Origin: an uncultured delta proteobacterium | GTDB taxonomy: Bacteria; Desulfobacterota; Binatia; UBA9968 | Reading direction: 5' to 3' | NCBI GenBank assembly: GCA_963816145.1 | Contig: CAWFJP010000012.1 | Span: 64,001-128,000 of the forward strand | Length of the DNA: 64,000 bases | Notes under the pieces: generated by a model | What the model saw: only the letters and a program-made list of their open reading frames with translations | Database searches by the model: none | What the model was told of the DNA's origin: nothing | Made by a program: the position numbers and the translations under genes | Shown here: positions 61,080-64,000 of the stretch, piece after piece | Position numbering within the stretch: the stretch's first letter is position 1 | Layout of the letters: each line of letters begins with the position of its first letter

Positions 61080-62216
61080 TTACGATTTCTCGCCGAGAAT
61101 CTGCGTCAGCAGCTTCTCCAGCGGCCGCAGGTCTTTTGAATCCGGCGCGTCGCTGTCGAAATAGTTCAGATGGTCGGTGCGCTGCTCTTGCGCCGGGACA
61201 TGGTCTTTGGGGATATCGAGGCGGCGCGAGTTCTTTGAATCGCCGGGCTGGCTCATTTCTTTTTGAAAAGCGATTTGGCCTTCGCGCGAAAGATACCAAT
61301 TAATGAATACTTTGGCGGCGTTGGGATGAGGCGCGCGGTTCATGAGTGCCAGTTGTCCGAACGCGGACGAGATATTGATGCCCTCTTTGAAGTGGGTGAT
61401 GGAAAAATCGGAAATCGGCAGGCCCTGATTCTTGGCCTTGATCACCGCGGAATCCTGGCAGGGGACACAGACCGCGACCTTGCCGCTGGCAACCCAGTCG
61501 ACAGCTTGACGGATTTCACCGGCCATCACCACTTCCATCTCGCTAAAGAGTCGTTGGACAAACTTCACGCCGAGCTCTTTGTGGTAATAAAGATACTGCC
61601 AGGAGGCGCCGGCGCCGCGGACTCTGCGTGGGTCGACGGAGGTGATTTTGCCCTTCAGCTTGGGATTGAGAAGATCCCAGTAGGATCGGTACTCGGCGGG
61701 ATTCAATAGTTGGGTGTTATAGGCCGCGTTGCCGCCGCTCGAGACGTTGCCCTCGTAGACGAAGATGTAGCGGCTGTCCCGGTCGGTGTACTTGTGAGTT
61801 TTCTCCCACCACTTGGAGGTGTCGGTAACCTCGGGAAGAATCAGCGCCGGTTTGATCGGATCGAGAAACTTGGCGAGATAGAGCGCTTGGTATAGAGAAT
61901 TGCCGCCGCCGTTATAGACGTCAGCCAGATATTTTTCGCCGCGCCGTTCGGCGGCGATGCGCTGGCTCAAGTCGGTGCCTGAGCCGCCAATGGTGACCAC
62001 TTTGATCTTGGGAAAAGCTTTCTGAAAGGCGCCGGACTCGATGACTTTGCTGTAGCCGGAAAAGTACAGGGTAACTTGCCCCTCGGCTTCCGCCGCTTTG
62101 ACGGTTTTGTCCCATTCCGCGCGCCAGGCCTCTGCCGCCGGACTCATTTGAGGCGCAAAAAGGATCGCCAGCCAGGTAATTACCAAGATTAAAACTCTCG
62201 CCGTGTTGTGATTCAT
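61080..62216 (-). CDS. Extracellular solute-binding protein (Fe3+/thiamine-like cluster)
   Basis: WDKTVKAAEAEGQV, SYWDLLNPKLKGKI and APHPNAAKVFINW motifs. Confidence 0.87.
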   Translation of the reverse strand: MNHNTARVLILVITWLAILFAPQMSPAAEAWRAEWDKTVKAAEAEGQVTLYFSGYSKVIESGAFQKAFPKIKVVTIGGSGTDLSQRIAAERRGEKYLADVYNGGGNSLYQALYLAKFLDPIKPALILPEVTDTSKWWEKTHKYTDRDSRYIFVYEGNVSSGGNAAYNTQLLNPAEYRSYWDLLNPKLKGKITSVDPRRVRGAGASWQYLYYHKELGVKFVQRLFSEMEVVMAGEIRQAVDWVASGKVAVCVPCQDSAVIKAKNQGLPISDFSITHFKEGINISSAFGQLALMNRAPHPNAAKVFINWYLSREGQIAFQKEMSQPGDSKNSRRLDIPKDHVPAQEQRTDHLNYFDSDAPDSKDLRPLEKLLTQILGEKS

Positions 62217-62280
62217 CCGAATACAAACCCCTGAATGCTGACCTTTTCTACCTGACCGCGCCGTTCCGCCAATTGTTTTG

Positions 62281-62982
62281 CTAAAACTTTTCCGACCACG
62301 GTCGTAACTCAATCTGCGATGCCCATGCGCTGCGGTGCTGGCGGTGCAGGTGGAGATAGGTCTGCGCAATGGCGTCCGGGTCGAGACAACCGTCGGGGCC
62401 GCGTTCGGTGAGTCGTTCCGGGCGCTCCGGGTTGGTGATGCCGCCGTCGATCACCACTTGCGCGACGTGAATATTTCGCGGCTGCAGCTCGCGCGCCATG
62501 CTTTGCACCAGTCCGGTCAAACCCATTTTCCCCATGGCGAATGCCGGAGAGTTGGCGTAGCCTTTGACGCTCGCGGACGCGCCGGTGAATAGGATCGTGC
62601 CGCTGCCGGCTTTGATCATGCGCTTGGCCGCCTCCTGGCCGATCAGAAAGCCGCCATAACAGGTAATCAAGATCGTCTGGCGCACGTCTTCGGGGTCGAG
62701 ATCGGTGACCGGACCGCGGACACGGCCGCTGGCGTTGTAGACGACGAGATTGGGATCGCCGATATCTTGGCTCACCGACTGGAATAGCTTTTTCACGTCC
62801 GTCGGGCTGCTCGCATCGCAAGCGTAGGCGCGGCCGTCGATTTCTTTGACCAAGCCGTCCAGTTTCTTGACGTTGCGCGAGGCCATTGCCACCTTCATTC
62901 CTTCTTTCTTGAACAGCCTTGCCAACGAAGCGCTCAATCCCGGTCCGCTGCCGACAATCAATGCGATTTCTGGTTGTGCCAT
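62281..62982 (-). CDS. SDR family oxidoreductase
   Basis: GSGPGLS, YNAS, FTGASAS and QSMARELQP motifs. Confidence 0.9.
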   Translation of the reverse strand: MAQPEIALIVGSGPGLSASLARLFKKEGMKVAMASRNVKKLDGLVKEIDGRAYACDASSPTDVKKLFQSVSQDIGDPNLVVYNASGRVRGPVTDLDPEDVRQTILITCYGGFLIGQEAAKRMIKAGSGTILFTGASASVKGYANSPAFAMGKMGLTGLVQSMARELQPRNIHVAQVVIDGGITNPERPERLTERGPDGCLDPDAIAQTYLHLHRQHRSAWASQIELRPWSEKF

Positions 62983-63042
62983 GGCGATCCTCCAACGGCG
63001 GGATATTAAGATGAACTCGGGCTGTCAATCAAGACAACGAAG

Positions 63043-63251
63043 TGTCCATGAGCTGACAATCGTCTAAAGAATATGAGATTGGCGGGATTTCCCTCCATAT
63101 ACACCTCTCCCCGACTCGTCATTCCCGCGCAGGCGGGAATCCAGGTTTTTTCACCGCCGAGTTAGCCTGGATACCCGCTTTCGCGGGTATGACGGAGCTA
63201 GGCGGTTTCTTCGATCGGTAAATTTTCTTCGCATGCCTATTTTCGAAGGAG
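63043..63251 (+). mobile_element. ~200-bp TIR-less mini-element, copy 4
   Basis: acgaAG|tgtccatgagc...tcgtctaaagaatatgaga ... gtcattcccgcg REP doublet ... tattttcgaaggAG. Confidence 0.72.
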
Positions 63252-63723
63252 CAATTTCATCGAAGACGAACCAAGTGGATAACGACGAGCTAGAGCGTAT
63301 TCTCGCCGAGGCGCGGCAGTTGCAACTGCCGCGGGGAAATCTTTATCGCAATCAAGCATTCAAGAAGGACTGCAATCACAACAACAATCCGCATGAAGGC
63401 TACCCGATGCTCTCGCTGAAGCACCAACCTACGATACCTGACGTCAGTGAGTGTCGCAATTCTCCTTACTGAAGTTGATTTCTACCTACTGATTCTTGTT
63501 TTGTTCGTCATATCATTCGCGCCGGTTGGGTCGAAGGCGTCTCTCCGAATGAAATTTATAATTTTATGTCGGTGCGGAAGTCCCAGCGCTGCAATGAGTT
63601 ATGCGCCGCGCGGCGATGTATTATCTGCCGATTGATCTGTCACGACAATGTGGCATGCGACTTGCGGTTTTACTGATTGTGCGCGCAATCGTTGGTGCAG
63701 CAATAAACAGAGGAGGAGAAATA

Positions 63724-64000
63724 GTGAAATTTAAAAAATCCGCAATTGCAGCCGCCATCGTGGGGGGTGCCCTAGGGTTAGCGGCGAACTTTGTCGGTGC
63801 GAAGGAAAACATCCACAGCAGGCGTGGATTGCCGACGGATCGTTACCCGGTCACGATCGGAGACGATTCGAGTCTGGCACCTGGTGTCCCGGGGGTGACG
63901 GAGGAAAACACTTCAGATATGACTGCAGATGAAGTGAGGAAAGTGCAGCAGGCGTTGGCAGCCGAGGGATACGATCCGGGCCGCTCCGACGGCGCCATGA
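63724..64000 (+). CDS. Secreted peptidoglycan-binding domain protein (partial, runs off the window)
   Basis: GAGGAGG RBS, GTG start, signal peptide, EVRKVQQALAAEGYDPGRSDG motif. Confidence 0.75.
   Translation, partial: MKFKKSAIAAAIVGGALGLAANFVGAKENIHSRRGLPTDRYPVTIGDDSSLAPGVPGVTEENTSDMTADEVRKVQQALAAEGYDPGRSDGAM

Overview
GC-rich bacterial chromosome segment. The gene content (many orphan solute-binding proteins, LLM oxidoreductases, cupins) is consistent with Candidatus Binatota-like bacteria, but this is inference. Contents in order: end of the nuo operon (nuoK-L-M-N); mixed accessory genes; a ~14 kb catabolic cluster (XDH-type molybdoenzyme, 2 LLMs, hydrolases, 2 ornithine-cyclodeaminase-like genes, cupin); ferredoxin; ybeY; prfB with its +1 programmed frameshift; an arsM/arsS-type six-gene cluster; tkt-rpiB-tal-zwf-glk; a UxxC selenoprotein split by the ORF caller; tandem-domain thyX; and a mosaic region from 50.7 to 62 kb. 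Two structures stand out. (1) Seven diverged copies of the 3' tails of genes that are intact nearby (thyX x2, three SBP genes, a hydrolase, an SDR) alternate with cargo, and no integrase is visible. (2) Four copies of a ~200-bp element lack terminal inverted repeats, are bounded by an AG/CT dinucleotide, carry a REP doublet, and in three cases sit exactly inside another palindromic repeat family. Eight single-base insertions in otherwise intact genes look like sequencing errors. No tRNA, rRNA or CRISPR array was seen.
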